This document shows positions 1 through 7,962 of a DNA stretch of 64,000 bases, in pieces. How positions within the stretch are numbered: the stretch's first letter is position 1; every line of letters starts with the position of its first letter. The stretch is from contig JANXCY010000004.1 of the NCBI GenBank assembly GCA_025060135.1, positions 34,341 to 98,340 on the forward strand, read 5' to 3'. Made by a program: the position numbers and the translations under genes. Source of the DNA: Anaerolineae bacterium (lineage in GTDB: Bacteria > Chloroflexota > Anaerolineae > B4-G1 > DUEL01). The notes under the pieces were generated by a model. It did no database searches and was not told where the DNA came from. It saw only the letters and a list, made by a program, of their open reading frames with translations.

Positions 1-568
1 AGAAACCGGCGGCGATGGCTTCCCGAATCAGGTCCTCCACCGCGCCCACTTCGGCATCCCGGGCAGTGGCGTATTTTTTGGCGCTTACCTGGAAGTGGTC
101 GCCTTGAATGAAGAGAGGACCCCGGTAGCCCTCCCGAATCGCTGCACCGATAACGACGGTGGCATACTCCGCCGGGCGCTGGTCGGTATAGCCGATTTCG
201 GAGCGAGCGATCTCAAAAATCATCGCGCCGACGTTCCGGGCCCGGGCGGCGCGAAATACCGCACGGGCCATATCATAGGTCAGGGTGCGCAGGTTCATCG
301 CGGGCACGGTCCAGTTCGTGGAGGTCTCGCCGCGCCCCCGGGCCATGTAGAGGTCGTGGATGGAGGCCGGGCGGACTCCCAGGGCCTGGCCCAGTTCCCA
401 GAGCAGTGCGCGGGCGGCGGCCCGTTCCTCCGCCTCCCCAAACACCGCCGCGTAGACCAGACCATCCAGCGCCGGGCCGCGCAGGCGGGATTCGTCCAGG
501 ACCTGGACCTTGTTCCCCTCCATAGCAACGATTCCCTGAAGATCATCCAGCAAAGGTTTGTCGGCCAT
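1..568 (-). CDS. Class II (metal-dependent) fructose/ketose-bisphosphate aldolase family protein. This is the N-terminal part; the C-terminus runs off the left edge.
   Basis: My own reverse translation from the ATG at 568 gives MADKPLLDDLQGIV...WTVPAMNLRTLTYDMARAVF...MIFEIARSEIGYTDQRP...PLFIQGDHFQV and stays open to position 1. It is absent from the ORF track because it is truncated. A purine-rich GGGGGAA lies just upstream of the ATG. Confidence 0.6.
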   Translation of the reverse strand, partial: MADKPLLDDLQGIVAMEGNKVQVLDESRLRGPALDGLVYAAVFGEAEERAAARALLWELGQALGVRPASIHDLYMARGRGETSTNWTVPAMNLRTLTYDMARAVFRAARARNVGAMIFEIARSEIGYTDQRPAEYATVVIGAAIREGYRGPLFIQGDHFQVSAKKYATARDAEVGAVEDLIREAIAAGF

Positions 569-590
569 ATGATTCCCCCGGTTTATAGGA

Positions 591-950
591 TTAAGGAATT
601 TGTCGTAGAACTCGTTCGGCGACCTGAATCGCAGCAGTTACGAGAGTCGGCAAGCTCGGGACGTCGGGATCATAGTCACAATAGTTACGCCATATTCTCA
701 AATCGTTGATGTCCTCAGCTATGTCGTTGTATCCCAACTGATACAGATAGTTTCGGAGCATCCGATGGTCTGTTCCGCTTCGGGCCCGTTGAAAGCCACG
801 CATCTCAACGAGTCTCCAGGTATATCCGAAAGCGGCGTAATAAGCCCGACTGACCGTTGTACGACTAGCCGCTTCTTCGGAATAACCTGGGCCGGATTGT
901 CCTTGAAGGTCACGAGCCAAAGCGAGAAATTCGCTCCAGTCAAACGGCAT
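591..950 (-). CDS. HEPN-like small helical protein (119 aa), a candidate RNase-type toxin.
   Basis: Track ORF. It has an SRAYYAAF helix, R57-SGTD-H62 (R-x4-H), and a C-terminal LRIWRNYCDY element resembling the RN-x3-H/Y helix of HEPN folds. It overlaps the upstream ORF by 11 nt. One hand-counted line is about 47% GC. Confidence 0.5.
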   Translation of the reverse strand: MPFDWSEFLALARDLQGQSGPGYSEEAASRTTVSRAYYAAFGYTWRLVEMRGFQRARSGTDHRMLRNYLYQLGYNDIAEDINDLRIWRNYCDYDPDVPSLPTLVTAAIQVAERVLRQIP

Positions 951-1587
951 AAGGACTCTCTGGTGCTTGGAAGTCGGTGGTGAGGAAAATCCACCCCTGG
1001 CAGCCCGTCAACATGTCCCGGTAGGCCGACCGGGTTCGTCGAATTCTTTCCAGAGCCAATTCATCGTATTTCGCAAAACGGGCACACAGGATCAGATACT
1101 CATCCTCTTCCTCGGGATCGTGGTAAAGGGATAAGGTTAACTGGGCATCGGGCAGATGGCTTCGGACCAGACGGGCCACCTCGGGAACCAAATCTATCAG
1201 TTCGGGATAGCGCTGAAGGTAATCCTGAACCTCATTGGTTTTGATGATTTTTAAGCCATGTCTACGAATTTTCTCCAGCGTTTCTTGAATACGGACAAAC
1301 TGCACATACTGCTGAGATAGCAGACGAACATCCGGGAGAAAGGGAGCATCCCAGGTCGGCCAAAATCTTTCTGGGATCAGGAGCGCTGACTGGAAACCGG
1401 CTTTCCCAGCCATTGGATGCTGCACAGATGAAGATACATATAGGCCGGTCAAGGGCACACTCCAAGCGAGATTCTTAAAGGACCCCGGCGCTGCTGGTAC
1501 CTCAACGGTTACCAGCCTGTCCCGTAGAGTATCAAAAGGGCCAGTGAAGTACGCCGTTTCAACCAGATATTCGGTTGAGCAACTCAT
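940..1587 (-). CDS. Hypothetical protein (215 aa) with no domain recognisable by eye. It is a candidate partner of the HEPN-like protein.
   Basis: Track ORF. It lies 2 nt after the upstream gene and overlaps the downstream HEPN-like gene by 11 nt. Amino-acid composition looks normal rather than the Arg/Pro/Gly-rich composition of antisense artefacts. It is low in GC. Confidence 0.55.
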   Translation of the reverse strand: MSCSTEYLVETAYFTGPFDTLRDRLVTVEVPAAPGSFKNLAWSVPLTGLYVSSSVQHPMAGKAGFQSALLIPERFWPTWDAPFLPDVRLLSQQYVQFVRIQETLEKIRRHGLKIIKTNEVQDYLQRYPELIDLVPEVARLVRSHLPDAQLTLSLYHDPEEEDEYLILCARFAKYDELALERIRRTRSAYRDMLTGCQGWIFLTTDFQAPESPYAV

Positions 1588-1589
1588 TT

Positions 1590-2327
1590 TTATGCCTCCG
1601 GCTCAAACATGGCCCTGAGATGGTCAGTAATAGAGCCTTCAAAAATTTCCTCAATCTTGCTATGGGCCTCCTCCAGCCAGTCTATTATCCATTCCGGGGC
1701 CAAAGATTTCGATTGAGCCAGGGAGTATTCAATATCCAGAACGACCGTTGTGGGATCTTCCAAGACGTTGTTCAATTGCACTCTGCATCGGTCACGGCCC
1801 TCGTTTAGAGAGATAAGGCCTCCTACAATGAACGCAAGAATGTGGGAGGCCGGAAGAGGCCCAAAACGGGGTCGGATTTCAAAACAATCTTCTAACCTCT
1901 GCGGAAACTCCGAAATATTTATCTGATTAATGTATCGCAATCCGACAAATTCCAATCCTTCTACTTCTACAACTGCTCTGAGATTAGACCACGCCTTCTC
2001 AATTTTTGAGCGGAAAACAGCCCAGGTGGGATAGGGTTTGAGAGCGTTCACCGTCAAAATGCGAGGGCCCAATTGAACCAGCATCGTTCTGCTTTCCGAG
2101 GAGAGGACCAAAATGGGCTCCGCACCTAGGAAAAAAGCAGGCTGCTCCTGTTCCGATGGAACGCGAACTCCCACTCCCCGAAAGACACGGGTTTCCCGAT
2201 GAGGAAATTCGTCTATAAGCTTCTCGTAGAAAAGGCCAGGGATCGTCACGTCCCAGGGGGTATCCGATGAGAGAACAAATTGACAGACTGCCTCCACAAC
2301 GGGTGGTCGCTGATATTTTCTGCCCAT
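1590..2327 (-). CDS. TIGR04255-like conserved hypothetical protein (246 aa from the ATG at 2327).
   Basis: The N-terminus MGRKYQRPPVVEAVCQFVL and a length near 250 aa match my memory of the TIGR04255 family. A GGAG lies 8 nt upstream of ATG 2327. The longer track start (2372) would overlap the rmlC-like gene. One hand-counted line is about 42% GC. Confidence 0.5.
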   Translation of the reverse strand: MGRKYQRPPVVEAVCQFVLSSDTPWDVTIPGLFYEKLIDEFPHRETRVFRGVGVRVPSEQEQPAFFLGAEPILVLSSESRTMLVQLGPRILTVNALKPYPTWAVFRSKIEKAWSNLRAVVEVEGLEFVGLRYINQINISEFPQRLEDCFEIRPRFGPLPASHILAFIVGGLISLNEGRDRCRVQLNNVLEDPTTVVLDIEYSLAQSKSLAPEWIIDWLEEAHSKIEEIFEGSITDHLRAMFEPEA

Positions 2328-2344
2328 AGTTTCTTCTCCGGCTC

Positions 2345-2803
2345 TCACTTGATCTCCGGCCAGCGGGTCCAATCGTAGCCGATGGTGGGGTCGTCGTGGG
2401 GGATGCGGCCCTCGTCGGTCCCGTCGTATTCATTAGAAGTGATGTAGAAGATATGAGCGGGGCCCTGAAGGACCCGGTAACCGTGCGCGACGCCCGGCGG
2501 GATTTTCAGGACAACGGGAGGATGGCCGTCTCCCAGCAGGAATTCCTGCAGTTGACCATAAGTTGGGGAGTCGGGGCGGGCGTCGTAGAGGGCCGCCCGC
2601 ACCGTCCCGCAGGCCACGTACCACCAGTCGGTCTGGCGGTGGTGGATGTGCCAGGCCTTGGCCACCCCGGTGTGGCTCATGGTGTGGCTCCACTGGGCAA
2701 ACCCCTCGGCAAAAATGGGGTCGCTGGCCCGGAGGATCTCGCGGAAAAAGCCGCGCTCGTCGGTGTGGGTAACCAGGGATTTGATCTCAACGCCGTGGAT
2801 CAC
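2345..2803 (-). CDS. dTDP-4-dehydrorhamnose 3,5-epimerase-like cupin (short RmlC family).
   Basis: MIHGVEIKSLVTHTDERGFFREI...AKAWHIHHRQTDWWYV...PPGVAHGY is a typical RmlC-like cupin core. Confidence 0.8.
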   Translation of the reverse strand: MIHGVEIKSLVTHTDERGFFREILRASDPIFAEGFAQWSHTMSHTGVAKAWHIHHRQTDWWYVACGTVRAALYDARPDSPTYGQLQEFLLGDGHPPVVLKIPPGVAHGYRVLQGPAHIFYITSNEYDGTDEGRIPHDDPTIGYDWTRWPEIK

Positions 2804-2848
2804 GAGGGAAGCCTCCGGTTAGAGCAGTCTGCCGATGGCGTCCATACA

Positions 2849-2947
2849 CTACCGCAAATCGCCCAGGTGGTTCTGGAGAGTCTCATATACCCGATGGTAG
2901 TCCCCATCCCAGTATCGGTGTACCCGCACTTTCCGGAAACGGGCCAT
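2849..2947 (-). pseudogene. Remnant of a HEPN (DUF86/HepT-type) toxin gene; only the C-terminal R-x4-H helix is left.
   Basis: My own translation gives (GLRIFGHPR)MARFRKVRVHRYWDGDYHRVYETLQNHLGDLR*, matching the RN-x-x-x-H-x-Y helix of DUF86. Stops interrupt the frame just upstream (about 2985). Only about 70 codons of space exist after the MNT gene, whereas a DUF86 protein normally needs more than 110 aa. Confidence 0.45.
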
Positions 2948-3045
2948 CCGCGGATGCCCGAATATCCTCAAACCGGCTCCAGATCAGGGATTCATTCAGG
3001 CCCAAGAAGTGATTGCCTCCTTCAGGGCGGTGCGCACCAGAGGCC

Positions 3046-3430
3046 TCATACCAGGTAACGGGTCCACGTCCAGAATACCTCGCGGACCCGCAACTCCTCG
3101 TCCCGGCTCAGCAGGAGTGGGCCCCGGAAGACGGAATACCGGAAGCCCAGAGGAGCGGCGTTCAGCACCCGGATGTCCACCGGCAGTGAATGCCCGATCT
3201 CCCCGGGGTGCCCGTTCGGCCTCCCCGGCCAGTTCCAGCGCCCGTTCGGTAAAATCTCCACCGTCTTCCAGATAGATGGCGACGTCCACATCGTGGAAGG
3301 GCAGGCCTTCCAGAAAGGAGCCGTAGAGATAGGCAAACCGGACATCCGGCTGGGCCTCCAGAACTCCTTTCAGGGCTGCAACGATAGCCTCCCGCTCTTC
3401 CGGTGTTTTGGGGTGCTGGTGCTCAACCAT
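3046..3430 (-). pseudogene. Minimal nucleotidyltransferase (MNT/MntA-type antitoxin) carrying an apparent frameshift.
   Basis: The ORF from 3430 begins ...FAYLYGSFLEGLPFHDVDVAIYLE (GS-x10-D-x-D NTase motif) and then turns into Arg/Gly/Pro junk. The expected continuation ...IGHSLPVDIRVLNAAPLGFRYSVFRGPLLLSRDEE is in another frame (track ORF 3046..3345). The frames switch near the CCCCGGGG run at about 3205-3235. Confidence 0.55.
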
Positions 3431-3524
3431 CCACCCTACCCTTCTGAATTATATCCCGCTCCGGAAAATGGGCAAGCGCACCCACACGGAGGGAGGCCAG
3501 CAAAAATCTGCGTCCATCTGCGTC

Positions 3525-5165
3525 CTACTTCCCCTGCCAGCGGGCCAGGGTGATCGCGCCGTCTTCGGTCACCCGGCGGGCCTGTCCATCCACCGTTACC
3601 AGCCAGAGGTCGCCCCGATAGACAACCAGCACCCGTCCCCCTGCCGGGTCCCAGGCGGCCGCCGGATACTCCAACCCCGGCTCCCGGGGGTCCTGGGGGA
3701 ACAGCAGCCGCCGGTCCGACCCGTCCCGGTCCATCCGATAGAGGTCGTAGGTGCTGGTGTGGGAGGCATAGGGAGCCCGGGCCCGCCCAAAGAGGATCTG
3801 TTCACCTTCTGGCGAGAACAACGGCGCCGCCCACATCCCGGCCTCCGGGACCAGTTTCGCCTGCAGGAGCGCCGCCGAAGAGGTTACAACACTCAGCACG
3901 TAGATGTCAAAAACGGGGCTATCCTCTGGCTCCTCCCCGGTGGGGGAAGGGCCGTGGAGCACGGTAACCAGATATGCCCCCTCCGGCGACCAGGAAAGGG
4001 TCGGGACCCAGGCCCAGGGAGCGTAGGTGCGGAACGGCGGGAACCGTACCAGCGGAACCGCTTCTGGCTTCCGGGCCGAGAGGTCTACCAGACCTATCTC
4101 GTCGGCGCGGGCGTAGGCCAGGAGAGTGGATTCGTTGTCCTCTCCGGCGGGAGCCCAGGCGTAGGTCGTCCCCCACCAGCCGTAGGTGCCGCCCGCCGAG
4201 GGCCCCAGCACCCGACGGCGGTCCCGGAGCCGACCGTCCGCCTGGGGACGGGCCACGAAGAGGTCGTTGGCGGCCTCCCAGCCTGGCGGCGATTCGCGGG
4301 GCGTGCCGGTAGAATACGCAATCCACTCCCCATCCGGCGACCAAGCCGCCCAGAGGACGTTCTGTTCGGGCAACCGTACCGGTTCGGCCCCCGGGGCAAC
4401 CGTATCTACCAGCCACAGGGTGTTCAGAACGCCGGTCTCGGTGGCGGTGCGGGTGAAGAGAAGCCGGGAGCCATCGGGCGAAAGGTCAAAGACCCGACCG
4501 TCCAGGTCGCCGGTCGCCGTCAGGCGGCGACGGCTGCCAGTGGTCCCCCGCATCACCCAGGCGTTGTGGGCGGAGAGGTAGGCAACCGTACCGGAGATGG
4601 GCACCGCCGTTACCTCCTCGCGCGCGCCCACCAGGAGGATCTCATTCTGGGGCTCCTGGACGGTAACCCGCCGGGCCAGGCGCCGCTCCACCTCCACGCC
4701 GTCCTCCAGGGTGATGACGTACGTCAGTTCCTCCACACCGTTCACCCCGGCCCGCAGAAGGCGGGTCTGACCGACCGGGATCGTCGCATCCCGCACCGTC
4801 TCCCGACCATAGGGGAGGGTCTGTTGAACCGTTTCGGTCCGAACCTCCACCCGCACCACCCGAACGGTCATCCCGTCGGTCAGGAGAACAGTTTCCGGTG
4901 GGACGACGCGGTCATCCTCGTCCAGGGTGATCCCGGTCCGCGCCAGCAGTTCCCCTACCGTCTGGGCGTCGGTGGTCAGGGTGCGGGTCTGCCCATCGGC
5001 GATCAGGGTAACCCGCACGGGAGCAATGGGGGTACAGGCAAGCAGCAGGCTGCTGAGAATACAGAGAACAGAACAGCCACCCAGACACAAAGACACGAAG
5101 TGAGCCCCTCTCCTTTTTTTGTGTCTTTGCATCTTCGGGGTGAACCTTCGTCTTTCGGCGTTCAT
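3525..5165 (-). CDS. Secreted or lipoprotein with DUF348 + G5 domains followed by a TolB-like (PD40) beta-propeller.
   Basis: The signal/lipobox-like N-terminus is MQRHKKRRGAHFVSLCLGGCSVLCILSSLLLAC. VRVTLIADGQTRTL...MTVRVVRV matches DUF348, and TETVQQTLPYGRETVRD...VNGVEELTY matches G5. Repeated SPDG/SPEG blades follow. The start is ambiguous (ATG 5165 overlapping the pyrD stop, ATG 5132, or GTG 5096). The track start at 5414 overlaps pyrD and is rejected. Confidence 0.8.
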   Translation of the reverse strand: MNAERRRFTPKMQRHKKRRGAHFVSLCLGGCSVLCILSSLLLACTPIAPVRVTLIADGQTRTLTTDAQTVGELLARTGITLDEDDRVVPPETVLLTDGMTVRVVRVEVRTETVQQTLPYGRETVRDATIPVGQTRLLRAGVNGVEELTYVITLEDGVEVERRLARRVTVQEPQNEILLVGAREEVTAVPISGTVAYLSAHNAWVMRGTTGSRRRLTATGDLDGRVFDLSPDGSRLLFTRTATETGVLNTLWLVDTVAPGAEPVRLPEQNVLWAAWSPDGEWIAYSTGTPRESPPGWEAANDLFVARPQADGRLRDRRRVLGPSAGGTYGWWGTTYAWAPAGEDNESTLLAYARADEIGLVDLSARKPEAVPLVRFPPFRTYAPWAWVPTLSWSPEGAYLVTVLHGPSPTGEEPEDSPVFDIYVLSVVTSSAALLQAKLVPEAGMWAAPLFSPEGEQILFGRARAPYASHTSTYDLYRMDRDGSDRRLLFPQDPREPGLEYPAAAWDPAGGRVLVVYRGDLWLVTVDGQARRVTEDGAITLARWQGK

Positions 5166-6106
5166 CTGTGCCCCATCATCTCCAGGGCCCGGCCGCGAAA
5201 GTCCTCTACCCGCCGGTAGCCGTGCCGCTCCATGTACTCCTGAATGCCCTGGCAGACCTCCCGGAAGACCTCCAGGCCCCGGTAGTAGACAGCGGAGCCG
5301 ATGCCGACAGCGGTGGCGCCGACCAGAATCATCTCCACGGCATCGCGAGCGGTGGTGATGCCGCCGGTGGCGATCACGGGGACATCTACTGTCCGACAGA
5401 TGTCGTAGACGCAACGGACGGCAATGGGACGCAGGGCTGGACCACTCACGCCGCCCGTCCCGTGGGAAAGGACGGGTCGGGCCGTCTCTATATCCAGAAT
5501 CAGGCCAGGCCCCAGGCTATTGACAGCGGTGATGCCGTCCGCGCCGGCCTCCACCACGGCCTCGGCAATGCGAAGGATGTCAGTAACGTTGGGGGAGAGT
5601 TTGACCAGGACGGGGATGTCCGTGTTGGCCTTTACCCGGCGGGTTACCTGCGCAGAGACGTAGGGGTCGGCCGCGAACATGCGCAGGTACTGGTCGTCGA
5701 TGTTGGGGCAGGAGATGTTGACCTCAATCAGGTCGGGGCGGGCCTCGGAGACGTACCGGGCGATGGTGCCAAAGTCATAGATGGTATCGGCGAAGATGCT
5801 GGCGATGACGGGGACGCCCAGAGGGGCCAGTTGCTCCTTCGCGGCCCGGATCTCGTCCACCATGACCTCCACGCCGGGGTTGGAGAGGCCAACGGCGTTA
5901 ATGAGACCTCCGCCCCACTCCACGATGACGGGGTTGGGATAGCCATCGCGGGGGGCCAGGCTGACCGATTTGGTGGTAACGGCACCCGCACCGGAGCAGG
6001 CCACCCGGACCAGCACGCCGTGGGTCAGCCCCAGGATGCCGGAGGCCAGCACCGTGGGGTTGGGCAATCGGATGCCGCAGAGGGAAACCGAGAGATCCAC
6101 TGCCAT
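5162..6106 (-). CDS. pyrD: Dihydroorotate dehydrogenase, class 1B catalytic subunit.
   Basis: MAVDLSVSLCGIRLPNPTVLASGILG...INAVGLSNPG...VKLSPNV...ATGGI is the characteristic PyrD pattern. Confidence 0.9.
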   Translation of the reverse strand: MAVDLSVSLCGIRLPNPTVLASGILGLTHGVLVRVACSGAGAVTTKSVSLAPRDGYPNPVIVEWGGGLINAVGLSNPGVEVMVDEIRAAKEQLAPLGVPVIASIFADTIYDFGTIARYVSEARPDLIEVNISCPNIDDQYLRMFAADPYVSAQVTRRVKANTDIPVLVKLSPNVTDILRIAEAVVEAGADGITAVNSLGPGLILDIETARPVLSHGTGGVSGPALRPIAVRCVYDICRTVDVPVIATGGITTARDAVEMILVGATAVGIGSAVYYRGLEVFREVCQGIQEYMERHGYRRVEDFRGRALEMMGHR

Positions 6107-6108
6107 TT

Positions 6109-7014
6109 TTACGCCTGTTCTCGTATCGCCTCCAGAGCCACCCAGTCCTCTATCTGCTGGCGCCCGACGACGCTCAGGCCGGCCTGCTGGAAGGCGTTCC
6201 GGACCTCATCCTCCTGACCGGCCAACAGACCGGCGGCCACGAGCCGCCCTTCCAGCGCCAACCGACGAGCCAGACCCTGCTCCGCCATTTCCACCAGCAC
6301 CCGGGCCAGGATGTTGACGACGACCAAGTCAAACCGCCCGAAGGCCTGGGGCAAGGAGCCCCGGGCCACGCGTACCCGGTCGGCGACGCCGTTGCGGCGG
6401 ATGTTCTCCCGGGCCACGGCGACCGCCTGGGGGTCAGTATCCAGGGCCAGGACGCGCCTGGCGCCCAGTTTCGCGGCGGCGATGGCCAGAATCCCCGAGC
6501 CGGTCCCCAGGTCCAGCACCCGCGCGCCGGGTCGGACATGCTCTTCTAATGCCAGCAGGCACATCTGTGTGGTCGGATGGGTGCCGGTGCCGAAAGCCAT
6601 CCCCGGGTCCAGTTCCACCACCACTTCCCCTTCGGCGGGGGTATACGGCAGCCAGGAGGGACGGATCACCAGACGGCGGCCCACATGGAGGATGGTCAGG
6701 TGTTGCTTCCAGGCCTCGGCCCAGTCGGCCTCGGGGATGAGGCGAAACGACGGCGCGGGCAGGGGGAGAATCTGGGCCAGGTGCCAGAGGGCTTCCTCCA
6801 CCCGACGACGGGTCTGCGGGAGCCGGTCATCAGCCGGGATGTAGGCACGAACGGTGATGATGCCGGCCGCAAAGCCTTCCGGGCCGGCCTCCAGTGCCAC
6901 GCCCCGGGGCGCGAAGCGGCTGAGGACCTCCGCCACGGCCTCCGCGCCCTCTCCCGTTGTCCCCACACTCACTTCCAGCCAGTCCATATCGGACGCCAGA
7001 GAGTAGACCGCCAA
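6109..7014 (-). CDS. prmA: Ribosomal protein L11 methyltransferase.
   Basis: It contains the SAM motif VLDLGTGSGILAIAAAKLGA..VLALDTDPQAV and has PrmA length and architecture. Confidence 0.9.
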   Translation of the reverse strand: MAVYSLASDMDWLEVSVGTTGEGAEAVAEVLSRFAPRGVALEAGPEGFAAGIITVRAYIPADDRLPQTRRRVEEALWHLAQILPLPAPSFRLIPEADWAEAWKQHLTILHVGRRLVIRPSWLPYTPAEGEVVVELDPGMAFGTGTHPTTQMCLLALEEHVRPGARVLDLGTGSGILAIAAAKLGARRVLALDTDPQAVAVARENIRRNGVADRVRVARGSLPQAFGRFDLVVVNILARVLVEMAEQGLARRLALEGRLVAAGLLAGQEDEVRNAFQQAGLSVVGRQQIEDWVALEAIREQA

Positions 7015-7083
7015 CTATGGCACGCAGACGACCAGGACAAACCGGTGCCTCGCTGTTCCGGCCTCATTCGCCCTTCCTGCTGT

Positions 7084-7950
7084 TCACTGCTCAGCCAGCG
7101 CGTCCCGAGCATCCCGGTACCCCAACTCTATCAGTTCCCGGCTGGTGCGGGGGTCGTAGCGGAGAATCTGCGCAAGGCCGATGGCTTTGCTGGGAACGAT
7201 GACCCGGCAGCGGATATAGCGATGCTTTTCGTCCCTTTGCTGGGCGACCAGTTGGTTAATCCGTTCCAGTTGCTTGATGTCGTTCTCAAAGGTGGCGCTG
7301 AGGGCCAGGTCCAGCATCACCGCGAAGGCCTGCCAGGGCCAGCGGGGAAGGGGGATATACCGTTCTCCTACCGGGGAGAGCAGGACCACGTAGATTTCGT
7401 CCGCTCCGGCATCAATGGCGGCCGCCAGGGGGGTGTTGGCCATCACGGCTCCATCCCAGTAGTGATGGTCTCCGATCCGGGTCCAGGGATAGACCAGGGG
7501 GATGGAGCAACTGGCCAACACATGCGCGGGGGTGATCTCCGTCTCCCGATTGTCAAAAATGCGCAGGTCCCCTCGCTCCACCTCGGTGGCGGTGATGAGC
7601 AGCCGCTTTTCCGTGCGAGCCAGCGCGTCAAAATGGATAAACCGGTGAAGGGTACGGACCCACGGGGAGGTATCGTAGATGGATCGCCAGGGACGCAGTC
7701 GCCAGAACCGCTGGATGTCCCGGGTTCGGGTGGAGAGCCAGGCCGCCTCCAGTTCCCACGCGGTCTTCCCCGAAGCGATCGCGGCGGCGTTGATGGCGCC
7801 GATAGAGGTGCCGACCAGGATGTCCGGGATCAACCCGGCCTCTTCCATGTATTTGTAAACGCCACATTCGTATGCGCCTCGTCCACCTCCGCCGGAAAGC
7901 ACCAGGGCCCGGGCCGGCCTCTTGTTTTCCGTCCGAAGGTCTTTTTCCAT
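7084..7950 (-). CDS. Patatin-like phospholipase.
   Basis: ALVLSGGGGRGAYECGV (oxyanion GGG-R-G) plus GTSIGA (G-x-S-x-G) plus a later DGA motif. Confidence 0.9.
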   Translation of the reverse strand: MEKDLRTENKRPARALVLSGGGGRGAYECGVYKYMEEAGLIPDILVGTSIGAINAAAIASGKTAWELEAAWLSTRTRDIQRFWRLRPWRSIYDTSPWVRTLHRFIHFDALARTEKRLLITATEVERGDLRIFDNRETEITPAHVLASCSIPLVYPWTRIGDHHYWDGAVMANTPLAAAIDAGADEIYVVLLSPVGERYIPLPRWPWQAFAVMLDLALSATFENDIKQLERINQLVAQQRDEKHRYIRCRVIVPSKAIGLAQILRYDPRTSRELIELGYRDARDALAEQ

Positions 7951-7962
7951 GGGAGCCCCCCT

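Noticed and set aside
95-709. A 204-aa + strand ORF at the left edge.
   Set aside because: It is antisense to a well-formed class II aldolase reading frame (1-568, minus strand). Its Arg/Gly/Ala/Pro-rich composition is typical of high-GC antisense frames.
569-2344. Mobile-element hallmarks around the low-GC cassette (integrase, transposase, tRNA target, flanking direct or inverted repeats).
   Set aside because: None were found by eye. The cassette is called foreign only on composition and content, not as a defined mobile element.
5088-5129. A perfect 9-bp inverted repeat (CAAAGACAC...GTGTCTTTG) with an A-rich GGAGAGG loop and a GTG in the 3' arm, considered as a translational control hairpin for the G5/TolB-like gene.
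   Set aside because: The same sequence encodes a convincing positively charged signal-peptide n-region (MQRHKKRRGAHF) if translation starts at the ATG at 5132 or 5165. The hairpin is therefore more likely coincidental. I leave it as a start-site ambiguity only.
3408-5219. A 603-aa + strand ORF.
   Set aside because: It is antisense to the G5/TolB-like gene. The product is Arg/Pro/Gly-rich low complexity with no motifs. The opposite strand has clear domain signatures.
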